Part shown: piece by piece, positions 38,250 through 48,790 of the stretch | Layout: the number at the start of each line of letters is the position of its first letter | Numbering within the stretch: position 1 is the stretch's first letter | The notes under the pieces: model-generated | Database searches by the model: none | The model's input: only the letters and a program-made list of their open reading frames with translations | What the model was told of the DNA's origin: nothing | Source: Ignavibacteria bacterium | GTDB lineage: Bacteria; Bacteroidota; Ignavibacteria; Kapaibacteriales; UBA4661 | Direction of reading: 5' to 3' | DNA: 64,000 bases | Assembly: GCA_947459425.1 (NCBI GenBank) | Contig: CANHDJ010000002.1 | Coordinates: 60,051 to 124,050, forward strand | Position numbers and translations under genes: made by a program

Positions 38250-40742
38250 ATGAATCCTTTTTGTCAGTCTAGCATTCTCCGCCTCAAGATACGTACTGTT
38301 CCGTTCATAGCGGCACTATTACTTGTCTCGACTCATCTAGCCCAAGCGCAAATCGCTGGGCAGCGTGGTTTGCGCTGTTCAGAAGCTATTACCTTTTGCC
38401 AAACAACATTCCGTGCGTCGTTTCCGACCGATAGCACTTTTTTACAGGAGTCTTTGCCTTCATTGTCTTGTGTGAATATTACCGCAACAGCAACCTTACG
38501 CACCAATGGCGTGTGGTATAAACTGACGGTGTACCAAAAGGGAGATTTGGGTTTTGGTATTGATCCCCTTAATGAAAATGGCAGCCGGAATGGGCGCGTG
38601 AATCTTGATTGGGCGCTCTTTCGAGTGACCGACAGCACTAATTGTGGGCGTTTGGGCCCACCAATTCGCTGCAACAGCGCAAGTAATGGTGGTTTGACAG
38701 GCGCAATCGAAATAAGCCCCGAAGAGGAGAACAATCCTGCCTTTAGCCAGCCCGTCCGCAATGTCAATCCGGGTGACGAATTTATGCTCCTTGTTCTGAA
38801 TCCCGACAATCATCGCTTTGGCTATACGATTGATATGGGATTTTCATCCTCACCAAATTTAACCGCGCAAATTCCCCTAAGCCTCAAAAGTCTTGCTGCG
38901 CCACGTAATGTTTGCCAAACCAGCACACTTAACGTTGAAATCTCGGATAATGTTCTCGTGAACGCCGTCACAAGCGGCGTTTTCTCGCTTGTGAGCGCAC
39001 GAGGCGTTGCCCGCACGATTACGCAGGTGTCATCGCAGCGCTTCGGCATTACCACAAGTGCCTCGCAAAGCGCGTTCGATAAGTCATTTACGCTCTTTTT
39101 ATCCTCGCCGATTGAACAATCCGAGCGTTACACCCTGCAAGTCCGCCAAACATTACCCGCATCGTGCCAAAATCTTTCGACCACAGCACAGATTTCTTCG
39201 ATAATTGCTGTTGGTCCGCGTGTGGATATTACTGGCTTTCGGGAATACTGCTCCGGTGGTGCAAAAATTTCTGCTTCATCGGATTTTCGTAATTATTTTT
39301 GGGAGAATGCTCGCACGGGTGAAAGCGTCGGCAACACCCGCACCGTCGTTGTCCCCGAAGGCGAATATCGCCTTACCGTGATTGATAATAACGGCTGCCA
39401 AGCCTCCACAAGCGCTCTGGTGCGCTCGACGACAGCAATCACGCTGACCTTGAACGCAAGGGGCGGTAAATCCTCGTTTTGCAACTATGGCGATGGCACC
39501 GATGGCGTACTGCTCGAAGCCACGCCCGGCTTTGACCGTTATGAGTGGTTTTTTAATGGTACACCCTTGACGGGGATTGCGACGACTGGTACGACAAGCG
39601 AAAAATATACCTTTGATGCGCCCGGTTTATACACCGTGCGAGCGTATGCCAATGGCTGCGAAAGCGTTTCTAATGCTGTCCGCACGACCATGTTTGCGAT
39701 TCCGACAAAGCCCGTTATTCGCCGCGTAGGAAACTACCTGACCGTCGTGAATCCACAATTGCCCAATGCGAACTATTATTGGGTTCGCCGTTTTGGGAAA
39801 GATTCGGCAAGGGGCATTGAAAATGGCTGGGATTGCTCACCCACAGAAAGCGGAACGTATTACGTGCAGGTACGCAATCAAAACAATTGTTTGCTTGAAT
39901 CCGACACGCTTTCCATTACCATTGCTTCTGTCCGTCTGCGGCTTGGAACTGATTCGTACTCTTCAGTACAAAATCGTCAGTTTGACATACAATTCCGCCT
40001 TGCCAATTTGCTCAATACCGCACAAATGGTCGGTGCAACAAGTCTTACCTTTACGTTGCGTTTTAATGCAAATCTTTTGGGCGTACTGACTTCAAACCAG
40101 CCTGGGCTTGTCCAAAATCGCCGCGACAGCGTTCCGAACCGCTTTGTTACGATGAATCTGCCCGTGAATGTCCCGTCCAACGTCACTTCTACCATTGTTG
40201 GCGCATTGCGTGTCATCGCCTTGATACCATCGGGGCAAGTAGGCGCAGCCGCAAGTAATGTTCGCACGACCACAGCAACAGGGCTGTTTTTAGAGAATAT
40301 TGCGTGCCTTACGCCTACTGGCAAAGCTATTCAGGGCATTCGCATTGATACGACGCTTGGGAACTTCCGCTTGCTCAATGCAGGAGCATTTATCGGCGGC
40401 AGTATAGCTGTGGTGCCAGAAGGGACAGAGACTCACTCGCCAGACGATATAACACTCACTATTGCGCCGCACCCGAATCCTAGCACCGAAGGCGCATTTG
40501 TACTGGATTACACGCTTGATTCCAAGCACGGCGACCAAGAGCAAACTGTCTCGGCATGGCTACAAGATGCTTTTGGCAATCGCATCAAAACGCTCCTCGC
40601 CAACGAGCGGCGCACTAAAGGCTCATACTCGCCGGAATTTGATGTGAGCGATGTTCCCAAAGGCGCATATTTCCTTGTGATGCGAACATCAAGCGGCGGC
40701 GTGGAAACATACCGAACCGCAATACTTTCTCTTGCCCGATGA
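38250..40742 (+). CDS. T9SS-secreted multidomain adhesin-like protein (Cys-containing N-domain, Ig/PKD-like repeats, cohesin-like domain, type A CTD)
   Basis: Signal peptide ending AQAQ; WYKLTV..DWALF..IRCN..GLTG domain; CTD APHPNPS..GAYFLVM; start uncertain. Confidence 0.8.
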   Translation: MNPFCQSSILRLKIRTVPFIAALLLVSTHLAQAQIAGQRGLRCSEAITFCQTTFRASFPTDSTFLQESLPSLSCVNITATATLRTNGVWYKLTVYQKGDLGFGIDPLNENGSRNGRVNLDWALFRVTDSTNCGRLGPPIRCNSASNGGLTGAIEISPEEENNPAFSQPVRNVNPGDEFMLLVLNPDNHRFGYTIDMGFSSSPNLTAQIPLSLKSLAAPRNVCQTSTLNVEISDNVLVNAVTSGVFSLVSARGVARTITQVSSQRFGITTSASQSAFDKSFTLFLSSPIEQSERYTLQVRQTLPASCQNLSTTAQISSIIAVGPRVDITGFREYCSGGAKISASSDFRNYFWENARTGESVGNTRTVVVPEGEYRLTVIDNNGCQASTSALVRSTTAITLTLNARGGKSSFCNYGDGTDGVLLEATPGFDRYEWFFNGTPLTGIATTGTTSEKYTFDAPGLYTVRAYANGCESVSNAVRTTMFAIPTKPVIRRVGNYLTVVNPQLPNANYYWVRRFGKDSARGIENGWDCSPTESGTYYVQVRNQNNCLLESDTLSITIASVRLRLGTDSYSSVQNRQFDIQFRLANLLNTAQMVGATSLTFTLRFNANLLGVLTSNQPGLVQNRRDSVPNRFVTMNLPVNVPSNVTSTIVGALRVIALIPSGQVGAAASNVRTTTATGLFLENIACLTPTGKAIQGIRIDTTLGNFRLLNAGAFIGGSIAVVPEGTETHSPDDITLTIAPHPNPSTEGAFVLDYTLDSKHGDQEQTVSAWLQDAFGNRIKTLLANERRTKGSYSPEFDVSDVPKGAYFLVMRTSSGGVETYRTAILSLAR

Positions 40743-42934
40743 AACGATCGCAACGCCATCATACCAATTTTTATCCACATCTCCGCAACCCAAGGCACAG
40801 TACGGCATGGTTGCGGAGTTTGTGCGTTTTGTGCTGGGCAGCGTTTGGTGGCTTTCTGGTGCAAAGCAGTATTGGTGCGGTAGGCGCTCAAGCGCAATTA
40901 CAGCAACGCGAGCCAGTGGTTTGGCGTGTCGGTATTTTTGGGAATTACGGGACAAATGTTCATCAAGCGATGTTTGGTCCGCCCTCAGAATTGGTGAGGT
41001 TTGCACCACAATACGATACAACGGTATTACCAGCTGTGCAGTCTTTACTACCATATACAGGTGGAAGCGGTACAGGATTTACTGTTGGCGCACTTTTTGA
41101 AAAGCCATTTTCCCATGACTTCTCGCTTGCAGGGCGTATATCTCTTACTAACCTTAGTGGCACGATGAGTTTGCGCGACTCTGCCGCTTTTGGGCTCAAT
41201 GGCGGTGATGTATCAGCGCAAATTGAATCGCGTTTTGTTACCAGTCTCATGACAATTTCTCTTGAGCCGCTTGCCGCATGGCATCCTTTTCCAAATGCTT
41301 CGGTGTATTTGGGAGGAAGAATCGGTGTGAACCTCGGAACGTTAAGGCAAGAATTAGCTATTATTAACGATGCGACAGGTCTTATTGCCTTTCCAGACAT
41401 CAATCAAAAAAGTGTCGTTGTCACTCCCGAACGCAATATTCCCAATCTCTATTTCCCGCACGTGAGTCTTCTTGCGGGCTTGAGCTATGCCATTCCGTTG
41501 GATATTGACGAAACCCTGTTTCTTGCGCCAGAGGTGTGGTACGCACAGAATTTTACGCCATTTGTGAGAGATCTTCCGACAAATCAGACGTGGACAATTA
41601 ACAGCCTTCGCGGTGGCGTGAGTTTTCGGTATTCCCCCGAAGCAGCGCGTCGGTATCTGCCCCCGGCAATCGTGCGGACAGCAGAAACGCCACGTTTGGC
41701 AATCAATATCACGCCAATAGCATTGGATTCGAGTGGCGGAGAATCGCCACTTTTGCGCTTGCGGATGGAAGAAACATTTTCGCGTCAGATGCACCCGCTC
41801 CTGCCCTATATTTTTTTCGACAAAAACAGTGATGTCCTCGCAGCACGGTATTTACGGCTTTTGCCGACACAAACCGCCTCTTTTTCTGAAAAAATTATGG
41901 CGAAATGGGGAACATTGGACATCTATTACCATGCGCTGAACATCATCGGCAAACGCCTGAAAGAGAACCCCACCGCTAGTATTCGCATTGTTGGCTGCGT
42001 GAGTGCCGACGAGGAACGGTCGGATTCATCGCATATCGCTTTTGCGACACGCCGTGCCGAAGCAGTGATGACGTATTTACGCGATGTCTGGCGTATCCCG
42101 ATGGAACGCCTTGTTGTCGAAGCACGGGGGCTGCCCGCAGAAGCCAACACGCTGAGTACCGAAGCGGCTCAGGCAGAAAATCGCCGTGTGGAAATTTACT
42201 CCGATGTGTGGAATATTCTGCGTCCGCTCACTCTTGCCGACACGCTGCTTGAATCCACACCACCAGCCGTAAAATTTCTGCTACGTGCCTCGACGCAAGG
42301 GCGCATCAGCAAATGGCGCTTCAAAATTGACCAGAGCAAACAAACCATCCAAACGCTGAGTTATCTGGGAGCGCCGGACAGCGTTGTTTACTGGCATCCG
42401 TCGCGTGAACAGCGCACAGTACCTCGCACAGAAGATGCTATTCGTTGTAATTTCGACTTTTTGGAAGAAGAAGGCGAGGGCGGTTCGGCGACAATTTCCA
42501 TACCGATTGAGCAACGGACTATTGCGAAAAAACGCCGCACCATCACTCTTGACGGGTCAAATGATGCGGATAAAAGCATCGAAACCTACCGTTTTATTCA
42601 GTTTGCGCCCAATTCTTCGTCCTTGACCCCAGCGCACGAGCGCATTCTTGGCGAAATTGCCGGAATGAGAATTGATGCGGCAGCGAAAGTTTTTATCACG
42701 GGCTACACCGATACAATGGGTAATCCGACAAGGAATACGGAACTTTCCACCAATCGTGCAAAAGAGATTGCCAAAACACTGACGCAGATTATCTCGCCCG
42801 GAAACCACGTACCTACGCCGATTGTCGCCGGACGCGGCGGAAGTATGGGCATTTATCCCGACCATACTCCGGAGGGGCGCTGTTACTCGCGTTTGGTAGA
42901 AATTCGCATTGAAACGCCCGCCCAAGGGCGATAG
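40739..42934 (+). CDS. Outer-membrane beta-barrel domain + two OmpA-like peptidoglycan-binding domains
   Basis: Alternating beta strands ending GGVSFRY; ATRRAEAV..ENRRVEI; GYTDTMG..LSTNRA..SRLVEI; ATGA overlap with upstream gene. Confidence 0.82.
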   Translation: MKRSQRHHTNFYPHLRNPRHSTAWLRSLCVLCWAAFGGFLVQSSIGAVGAQAQLQQREPVVWRVGIFGNYGTNVHQAMFGPPSELVRFAPQYDTTVLPAVQSLLPYTGGSGTGFTVGALFEKPFSHDFSLAGRISLTNLSGTMSLRDSAAFGLNGGDVSAQIESRFVTSLMTISLEPLAAWHPFPNASVYLGGRIGVNLGTLRQELAIINDATGLIAFPDINQKSVVVTPERNIPNLYFPHVSLLAGLSYAIPLDIDETLFLAPEVWYAQNFTPFVRDLPTNQTWTINSLRGGVSFRYSPEAARRYLPPAIVRTAETPRLAINITPIALDSSGGESPLLRLRMEETFSRQMHPLLPYIFFDKNSDVLAARYLRLLPTQTASFSEKIMAKWGTLDIYYHALNIIGKRLKENPTASIRIVGCVSADEERSDSSHIAFATRRAEAVMTYLRDVWRIPMERLVVEARGLPAEANTLSTEAAQAENRRVEIYSDVWNILRPLTLADTLLESTPPAVKFLLRASTQGRISKWRFKIDQSKQTIQTLSYLGAPDSVVYWHPSREQRTVPRTEDAIRCNFDFLEEEGEGGSATISIPIEQRTIAKKRRTITLDGSNDADKSIETYRFIQFAPNSSSLTPAHERILGEIAGMRIDAAAKVFITGYTDTMGNPTRNTELSTNRAKEIAKTLTQIISPGNHVPTPIVAGRGGSMGIYPDHTPEGRCYSRLVEIRIETPAQGR

Positions 42935-43079
42935 GACAGGACAATGTTGATAACAAACGGTTTTTTGTGCAATCAATGTTAATCCTTTGCGAGGTTTCAA
43001 GCATCTTTCCCTTACCTATTGTCGTCGCTCTAGTATGCAAATCCGTAGTCATTCTCAACACACTTCTCAAGGAGTTAAT

Positions 43080-43682
43080 ATGAATTTTGCCGACAAATTA
43101 TTTCGCTCAGGCTTCTCTCTGCTCATGCAGTGTGTTGCCGTGCTTGCCGTCGTTGCTATTGTTTCGTGCCAAGGTCCAGCAGGACCACAGGGACCGACGG
43201 GACCCCAAGGTCCTCAAGGACAGCAGGGCGCAACTGGCGCTCCCGGCACAGCAGCCGCATCAGCGCAAACCACCACGATTACGGTCGCTATTGCGGATTG
43301 GCGCGGTTTCGGTGGTGGTACACCGGGCGCGTATTTGCAATCAGGCTGGAAATCGGCTGCGAATATCACGCAGAGCATTATGACAAGCGGAGTGGTTCTC
43401 GTGTTTTTGCGGGTGGATGAAACAAATCGTCCTGTAACGTGGCAACAACTTCCTGTCATTCGATATGGGTCAAATTTCATCCAAGTTGTTGATGCTCAAT
43501 ATCAACAAGGGCAAGTGCAGATGTTCATCAATAACTCCAATACGGTTGTTCCGCCTACGCCAACAGATGCTATCACCTTCCGCGTCGTTGCCATACCCGG
43601 TACAACAACGGTTGCGCTGGCTGCGCAGATGGATATTAGCAATTATGAGGCTGTCAAAGCGGCGTTTCATTTGGCAGACTAA
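43080..43682 (+). CDS. Collagen-like lipoprotein
   Basis: AAGGAG then ATG; lipobox IVSC; GPAGPQGPTGPQGPQGQQGATGAPG. Confidence 0.85.
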   Translation: MNFADKLFRSGFSLLMQCVAVLAVVAIVSCQGPAGPQGPTGPQGPQGQQGATGAPGTAAASAQTTTITVAIADWRGFGGGTPGAYLQSGWKSAANITQSIMTSGVVLVFLRVDETNRPVTWQQLPVIRYGSNFIQVVDAQYQQGQVQMFINNSNTVVPPTPTDAITFRVVAIPGTTTVALAAQMDISNYEAVKAAFHLAD

Positions 43683-43703
43683 TTTTCCTTCTATCAAAAA
43701 AAC

Positions 43704-43755
43704 TCAGGTCTCCCTCTACTACACTTCAAAAAGCGTGTAGTGCAGGGAGACCTGA
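43704..43755. terminator. Long hairpin between convergent genes (probable bidirectional terminator)
   Basis: Perfect 12-bp stem TCAGGTCTCCCT/AGGGAGACCTGA plus inner ACTACAC/GTGTAGT. Confidence 0.7.
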
Positions 43756-43775
43756 AAATTTTGCTTCAACCCGCC

Positions 43776-44516
43776 TCAGCGTTGTTCCCGTGCTTCTTGT
43801 ATTTTTTCTCCTACCCAACCGCCCAAGAGCGTCATCAGCATCCCCAGCACGAGACCGCTTAAAATGGTCGTTATATCCAACATTCCCAAAGCAACACACA
43901 CAATATCAATATTCAACACCACTGCCAAGAAGCCCGATACTCCGGCTTCTTTGACTGCAACGCCCGGCGAGCGAAAACCAATAATACAACCCGCAATAAA
44001 CAACCCCAGAAAAAACGCCATGAAATGATTGGAAAGATGATACCCCAAGACCACAACAAGCGAGCTGGCAAAGAGCATCGTAATCGTTGTGGCAAGCGCC
44101 GCGCCGCACAGCACCCAGCCCCAATCTATCGGGCTTTCATCGGGAATATCATCGTCAAGTGTTCCTTGTAGCTTTTCTCCGACCCAACCGCCGAGTGCCG
44201 ATAAAATCACACCATTGACCAACATCACCACCAGCACCGCGCTATCAAGGTCGCGGAAGCCGCGTATATTCATCATCGGCAGGACAATAAACAATACCAC
44301 TCCCACCAAAACCGCACCAATAGCGGGTTCCAGAATTGTTACCCCTTTCGACAAGATACCTTCCACGATGCCGGTAACCACAAAACCAGACAAAATTGCA
44401 ATAATAGGAAACGGCAGTGCAGAAAACGACGAACCACTGATATACGCCAGAAACAGCGTAATAACTGAGCCAACAAAGGCAGAGATAAGGGCACTTTGGA
44501 GGTCAATATATTTCAT
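43776..44516 (-). CDS. Hypothetical polytopic membrane protein with internal two-fold repeat
   Basis: About eight TM helices; repeated SKGVTILEPAIG / SPGVAVKEAGVS and GGWVGEKLQ / GGWVGEKIQ. Confidence 0.8.
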   Translation of the reverse strand: MKYIDLQSALISAFVGSVITLFLAYISGSSFSALPFPIIAILSGFVVTGIVEGILSKGVTILEPAIGAVLVGVVLFIVLPMMNIRGFRDLDSAVLVVMLVNGVILSALGGWVGEKLQGTLDDDIPDESPIDWGWVLCGAALATTITMLFASSLVVVLGYHLSNHFMAFFLGLFIAGCIIGFRSPGVAVKEAGVSGFLAVVLNIDIVCVALGMLDITTILSGLVLGMLMTLLGGWVGEKIQEAREQR

Positions 44517-44540
44517 CGTGTGTGCCTTTTGAGAAAGAAG

Positions 44541-45593
44541 TTATTGGTCGTTGCGGTGCTGAAGCATTTTGATGCGGACTTGAAGGGAAAGCATCCAGAA
44601 AAAGAGCATCGTAAAACCGCCAAACGCCAAAGAGAAAATAAATTGCTTAATCACATTCAAATCCTCTTTTTTTGCGCTTAAAACAGGTCCGATATTGCTA
44701 TCATTGCTTGCTCCCGGATGCAGACCGTCGATGATGCGGGGCAAAATAAACATCAAAAATAGCGCCGGAACAGCCGCAAAAACAACATACACCGCCGAAA
44801 GCCGTCCGCGCCGCTCTTCATTGTCAATCGCTTGACGCAAGGCGAAATAAGCGCCGTACATAAGCAACAGCACGAAAATTGAGGTTTGACGCGGATCCCA
44901 ATTCCAAAATTCACCCCAGTTGAATTTCGACCAAATCGCCCCCGTGACAGTTGCCAATATCGTGAAAAGCGTCCCCAGTGCTGCCGCCGAAGAAGATTTA
45001 ATGTCATAGCCAATATCGCGGGTTTTCAAGTAGCGGAAGCCATAGACCATGGCAATAATGTACGCCAGCATTGCCACCCACGACATTGGTACGTGGAAGT
45101 AGAGATTCCGCGCTCGCTCTTCCAGTTGAGGAATAAAAGGCAGCGTCATATAGGGATTAACGGCAATAACACTTTTTGCAAGAAAAACGTTATCCGTCGC
45201 GGCACTGTCGCGCTCCAATGCGATAATTGCTTTTTTTACGCCAACTAATTCCGAAACAAGATTTTGTGGAACACGCACAAAGGCTTGTATCTCGCCGCCT
45301 TCGCTAAAATCGGTCATGCGGCAAACGATTGGCTCCGATTGGGCATTTTGCGCCGAAATTACCTCGTCAATCTGTACTTTCACCGGAACAACGGGGTTTG
45401 CACCCGCACGGCGCATAATTACTGCATCGGCAAACGTTCCGGCGGTGCGCGGGGCGAGTGCAAAGAGTGTCATTATCGTCAGCATAGCGACTAATATCAA
45501 TTTCCACCACATTGGGCGAGGTTTTTCTAATGGCAAATATAAGCCGAGAAACAGCCCTAAAGCCACGCCGGAGAATTGAATGAGGTATTTCAT
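44541..45593 (-). CDS. ccmC: Heme exporter / cytochrome c biogenesis protein CcmC with a large insertion
   Basis: RNLYFHVP, TGAIWSKFNWGEFWNWDPRQTS (WWD motif), RLSAVY, LHP. Confidence 0.88.
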   Translation of the reverse strand: MKYLIQFSGVALGLFLGLYLPLEKPRPMWWKLILVAMLTIMTLFALAPRTAGTFADAVIMRRAGANPVVPVKVQIDEVISAQNAQSEPIVCRMTDFSEGGEIQAFVRVPQNLVSELVGVKKAIIALERDSAATDNVFLAKSVIAVNPYMTLPFIPQLEERARNLYFHVPMSWVAMLAYIIAMVYGFRYLKTRDIGYDIKSSSAAALGTLFTILATVTGAIWSKFNWGEFWNWDPRQTSIFVLLLMYGAYFALRQAIDNEERRGRLSAVYVVFAAVPALFLMFILPRIIDGLHPGASNDSNIGPVLSAKKEDLNVIKQFIFSLAFGGFTMLFFWMLSLQVRIKMLQHRNDQ

Positions 45594-45643
45594 GCTGACA
45601 AAAAAAGAAGAATAACGAGGAAAATGCTGCTTGCGGATGAGAA

Positions 45644-46024
45644 TTATTGACCGACAAGTGCTTTGTAGGAAGCAACATCCATCAATGCCGACACTTCCGA
45701 TGGATTGGAAAGTTCCATTTTGATAATCCAGCCCGCACCGTAAGGGTCGTTGTTGACCGATTCGGGAGCGTCGTTGATGGCGGCGTTAAATTCAAGAATC
45801 GTACCGCTCACCGGTGCATAAAGGTCGGCAACGGTCTTCACAGCTTCGATTGTGCCGAAAACATCGCCCTGTTTCACGCTTGCGCCAGCGTCGGGAATAT
45901 CAACATAGACAATATCGCCAAGTTCGCCCTGCGCATGGTCGGTAATACCGACAAAGCCAATTGTGCCTTCGACGCGCACCCATTCGTGTTCTTTGGTATA
46001 GCTGAGTGTTTCAGGAAAAGTCAT
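45644..46024 (-). CDS. gcvH: Glycine cleavage system H protein
   Basis: [27 protein letters not shown] lipoyl Lys, NNDPYGAGW. Confidence 0.98.
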   Translation of the reverse strand: MTFPETLSYTKEHEWVRVEGTIGFVGITDHAQGELGDIVYVDIPDAGASVKQGDVFGTIEAVKTVADLYAPVSGTILEFNAAINDAPESVNNDPYGAGWIIKMELSNPSEVSALMDVASYKALVGQ

Positions 46025-46077
46025 GGTATCTCCGGAAAAAAGTATTGAGAAGAAGGATTGATTTTGGTCATCGTCTG

Positions 46078-46584
46078 TTACAGAGGGCGTGATAAATCTC
46101 GCTCCATGTAATAAATATCGGGAAACGGATTCACATTATACGGCGGAATTTCGTAAAATCCAAGTGATGAATAGATTGCAATAGCACGGTGCATCTGTTC
46201 ACGGCGGGTGTCAAGGCGCATGAAGCGGTAGCCGCTTGTTTTGGCGTGTTCCAAAAGGCGCTCACTCAGCAAGCGTCCCAATTTCAAAGCGCGAAAGCGC
46301 GGGCGCACGTACAAACGCTTCATTTCGCAAATTCCCTCTTCCAAAGGGCGCACGGCAACACATCCGGCAGGAACATCGTCAACAAATGCCAGCAAAATCG
46401 CGCCTTGTGGTGTGGCATATTTACCGGGCAGATGCGCCAATTCATCATCAACATTTTGAAAACTGAGGTCGAAACCATATTCTACAAGAAGTTCCTCTGC
46501 AAGAAGGCGGAACGTCGCCATTTCTTGGGGCGTAGAAGCATGAATAATGCGAAGATTATTCGGAACGGAGACCGCTTCACTCAT
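46078..46584 (-). CDS. GNAT family N-acetyltransferase
   Basis: [33 protein letters not shown]. Confidence 0.92.
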   Translation of the reverse strand: MSEAVSVPNNLRIIHASTPQEMATFRLLAEELLVEYGFDLSFQNVDDELAHLPGKYATPQGAILLAFVDDVPAGCVAVRPLEEGICEMKRLYVRPRFRALKLGRLLSERLLEHAKTSGYRFMRLDTRREQMHRAIAIYSSLGFYEIPPYNVNPFPDIYYMERDLSRPL

Positions 46585-46603
46585 AGCTTCTTCTCACAGT
46601 TCC

Positions 46604-47947
46604 TTAAAAATCTTGCCAATTATGATTATCCAAATATTTGGTATCAAACTCGCCTGAAATGAAGTCTTTGTTGTCCATCATTTTGAGATGGAAAGGAATA
46701 GTCGTGTGTATGCCTTCAATCACAAATTCCTGCAAGCCGCGTTTCATGCGGGCAATAGCTTCGGTGCGGTTTGCGCCGATAGAAATCAGTTTTGCGATAA
46801 GCGAGTCGTAATGCGGTGGGATGGAGTAGCCTTCGTAGATGTGAGAATCCACGCGGATACCAGGTCCGCCGGGGAAATGGAGTGCCGTGATTTTACCCGG
46901 CGAAGGGCGATAATTGTGGTAAGGGTCTTCAGCATTGATACGACATTCAATCGAATGGCGGCGTGGCGCTCCGCCGGAAATTGACAACTTTTCTCCAGCA
47001 GCGACGCGAATCTGCTCTTTCACAAGGTCAATACCAAGCGCTTCTTCGGTAACGGGGTGTTCTACTTGGATACGCGTATTCATCTCCATAAAGTAGAAAT
47101 TGCGGTGTTTGTCCACCAAAAACTCCACCGTGCCAGCACCTTCGTAATCCACTGCTTTTGCTGCTTTTACAGCCGCTTCACCCATTTTACGGCGCAACTC
47201 TTCATCCAAAATTGGCGATGGCGCTTCTTCAATGAGTTTTTGATGGCGGCGCTGAATCGAACACTCGCGCTCGTTCAGGTGAATCACATTCCCATGCTGG
47301 TCGCCAAAAACCTGAATTTCAACGTGGCGCGGCTCTTCGACAAATTTTTCAATGTAAAGATCGGGATTGCTGAAGGCGGCTTCCGCCTCAGTTCGAGCGG
47401 TGATGTATGCCTGTTCGACACCATCCAGCGCCGTTACAAGGCGCATTCCTTTTCCACCGCCGCCGGCAGAGGCTTTCAGCATCACGGGGACACCAATTTC
47501 TGCCACAAGACGCTGTGCATCTTCTAAGGTCGAAACGATACCCTTGCTGCCCGGAATAACGGGAACATTCGCCTCGCGCATGGTTTCTTTTGCAACGGAT
47601 TTATTGCCCATTTTGGCAATGGAAAATGGCTTGGGACCAATAAATTTGAACCCGCAATCAGTACAAATCTCGGCAAAATCAGCATTTTCAGAAAGGAAGC
47701 CATAGCCCGGATGAATCGCATCGGATTCGCTAATTTCAGCGGCGGCGATAATGGAGGGAATATAAAGATAACTCTGCTTGCTGGCAGCTTGCCCAATACA
47801 AATTGCTTCATCGGCAAAGCGGACGTGAAGGGAACTACGGTCGGCTTCGGAATAGACAGCGACTGTTTTCACGCCAAGTTCGCGGCACGCACGAATGACA
47901 CGTAAGGCAATTTCGCCACGATTGGCAATTAGAACTTTCTTAAACAT
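46604..47947 (-). CDS. accC: Acetyl-CoA carboxylase biotin carboxylase
   Basis: [43 protein letters not shown]. Confidence 0.98.
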   Translation of the reverse strand: MFKKVLIANRGEIALRVIRACRELGVKTVAVYSEADRSSLHVRFADEAICIGQAASKQSYLYIPSIIAAAEISESDAIHPGYGFLSENADFAEICTDCGFKFIGPKPFSIAKMGNKSVAKETMREANVPVIPGSKGIVSTLEDAQRLVAEIGVPVMLKASAGGGGKGMRLVTALDGVEQAYITARTEAEAAFSNPDLYIEKFVEEPRHVEIQVFGDQHGNVIHLNERECSIQRRHQKLIEEAPSPILDEELRRKMGEAAVKAAKAVDYEGAGTVEFLVDKHRNFYFMEMNTRIQVEHPVTEEALGIDLVKEQIRVAAGEKLSISGGAPRRHSIECRINAEDPYHNYRPSPGKITALHFPGGPGIRVDSHIYEGYSIPPHYDSLIAKLISIGANRTEAIARMKRGLQEFVIEGIHTTIPFHLKMMDNKDFISGEFDTKYLDNHNWQDF

Positions 47948-47960
47948 AATTCTCTGGGAA

Positions 47961-48182
47961 ATGACGAGTGAAGAATTACGAATGAACGAAGCAAGAGTTG
48001 GCGAGGCTTGCGAAGTGGAATTGGCGTGAGACTATACTGAAGAAGGTCGAAAATTCTTCCCGTCCGGCGGCTGAAGAGAGTAACTACGCTGCCGTCGGGC
48101 GGGTACTGCGTATGCAATTTTGCCCTTTCTGAGTATATCACCGTGACGTACTTGAGACGGCTCATTATTCTTTACTCGTCAT
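47961..48182. repeat. Inverted heptamer-repeat arms enclosing a GC-rich REP-like hairpin in the accB-accC spacer
   Basis: ATGACGAGTGAAGAAT (47961-47976) vs ATTCTTTACTCGTCAT (48167-48182), 15/16 complementary; internal 13-bp stem CCCGTCCGGCGGC/GCCGTCGGGCGGG with two G-T pairs. Confidence 0.75.
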
Positions 48183-48192
48183 CCGTGAGGAG

Positions 48193-48705
48193 TTAGTTCA
48201 ACTCAACCAGCATAAGCGGTTGATTGTACTCGACAGGCTGACCATTTTCGACAAGAATTTTCACCACTGTCCCCGAAACATCACTTTCTATCTCATTCAT
48301 CAACTTCATTGCCTCGACGATACAGAGCGTTGCACCAGCCGAAATACGCGAACCAACCTGCACGAAAGAATCCGCGTCAGGGGCAGGCGCACGGTAGAAT
48401 GTGCCGACGATGGGCGAACAGATTTGGTGTGTCTTTTTCTCTTCGGCAGCGATTGGCGCTGAGGCGCTTGGTGTCGGGGCTGCCGCAACTTGCGGAGCAG
48501 CGCTCACCTGTGGCGCTTGTGCGGGAGCCGACGGCGATGACATTGCCGATGGGATATGAATTACCTGCGGGCTACTCGCAATGGCGGCTTGATGCTCGGA
48601 GAACTTGGAAAGACGCAGCTTTATTCCCTCTTCTTCAATTTCTAGGTCAACGGCTGTGCTTTCATCAAAGATTTTGAGCAAGCGGCGAAGGTACTGCAAG
48701 TCCAT
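48193..48705 (-). CDS. accB: Biotin carboxyl carrier protein
   Basis: Pro/Ala linker, [20 protein letters not shown]. Confidence 0.98.
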   Translation of the reverse strand: MDLQYLRRLLKIFDESTAVDLEIEEEGIKLRLSKFSEHQAAIASSPQVIHIPSAMSSPSAPAQAPQVSAAPQVAAAPTPSASAPIAAEEKKTHQICSPIVGTFYRAPAPDADSFVQVGSRISAGATLCIVEAMKLMNEIESDVSGTVVKILVENGQPVEYNQPLMLVELN

Positions 48706-48790
48706 AGCGGGTAGGAATGAGGTTAAACGATGGTATTTTCATAATAGCGCAGCGCAAGTATGCTGCGGGAACACACAAACAAAACGGACG

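Noticed and set aside
37753-43755. Genomic island integrated at tRNA-Thr
   Set aside because: No integrase, no duplicated tRNA 3' end found by eye, and gene style matches the rest of the window.
47929-48165. 78-aa ORF between accB and accC
   Set aside because: Translation includes the heptamer repeats (SFVILHSSF), overlaps the accC start and has no motif; treated as a by-product of the repeat element.
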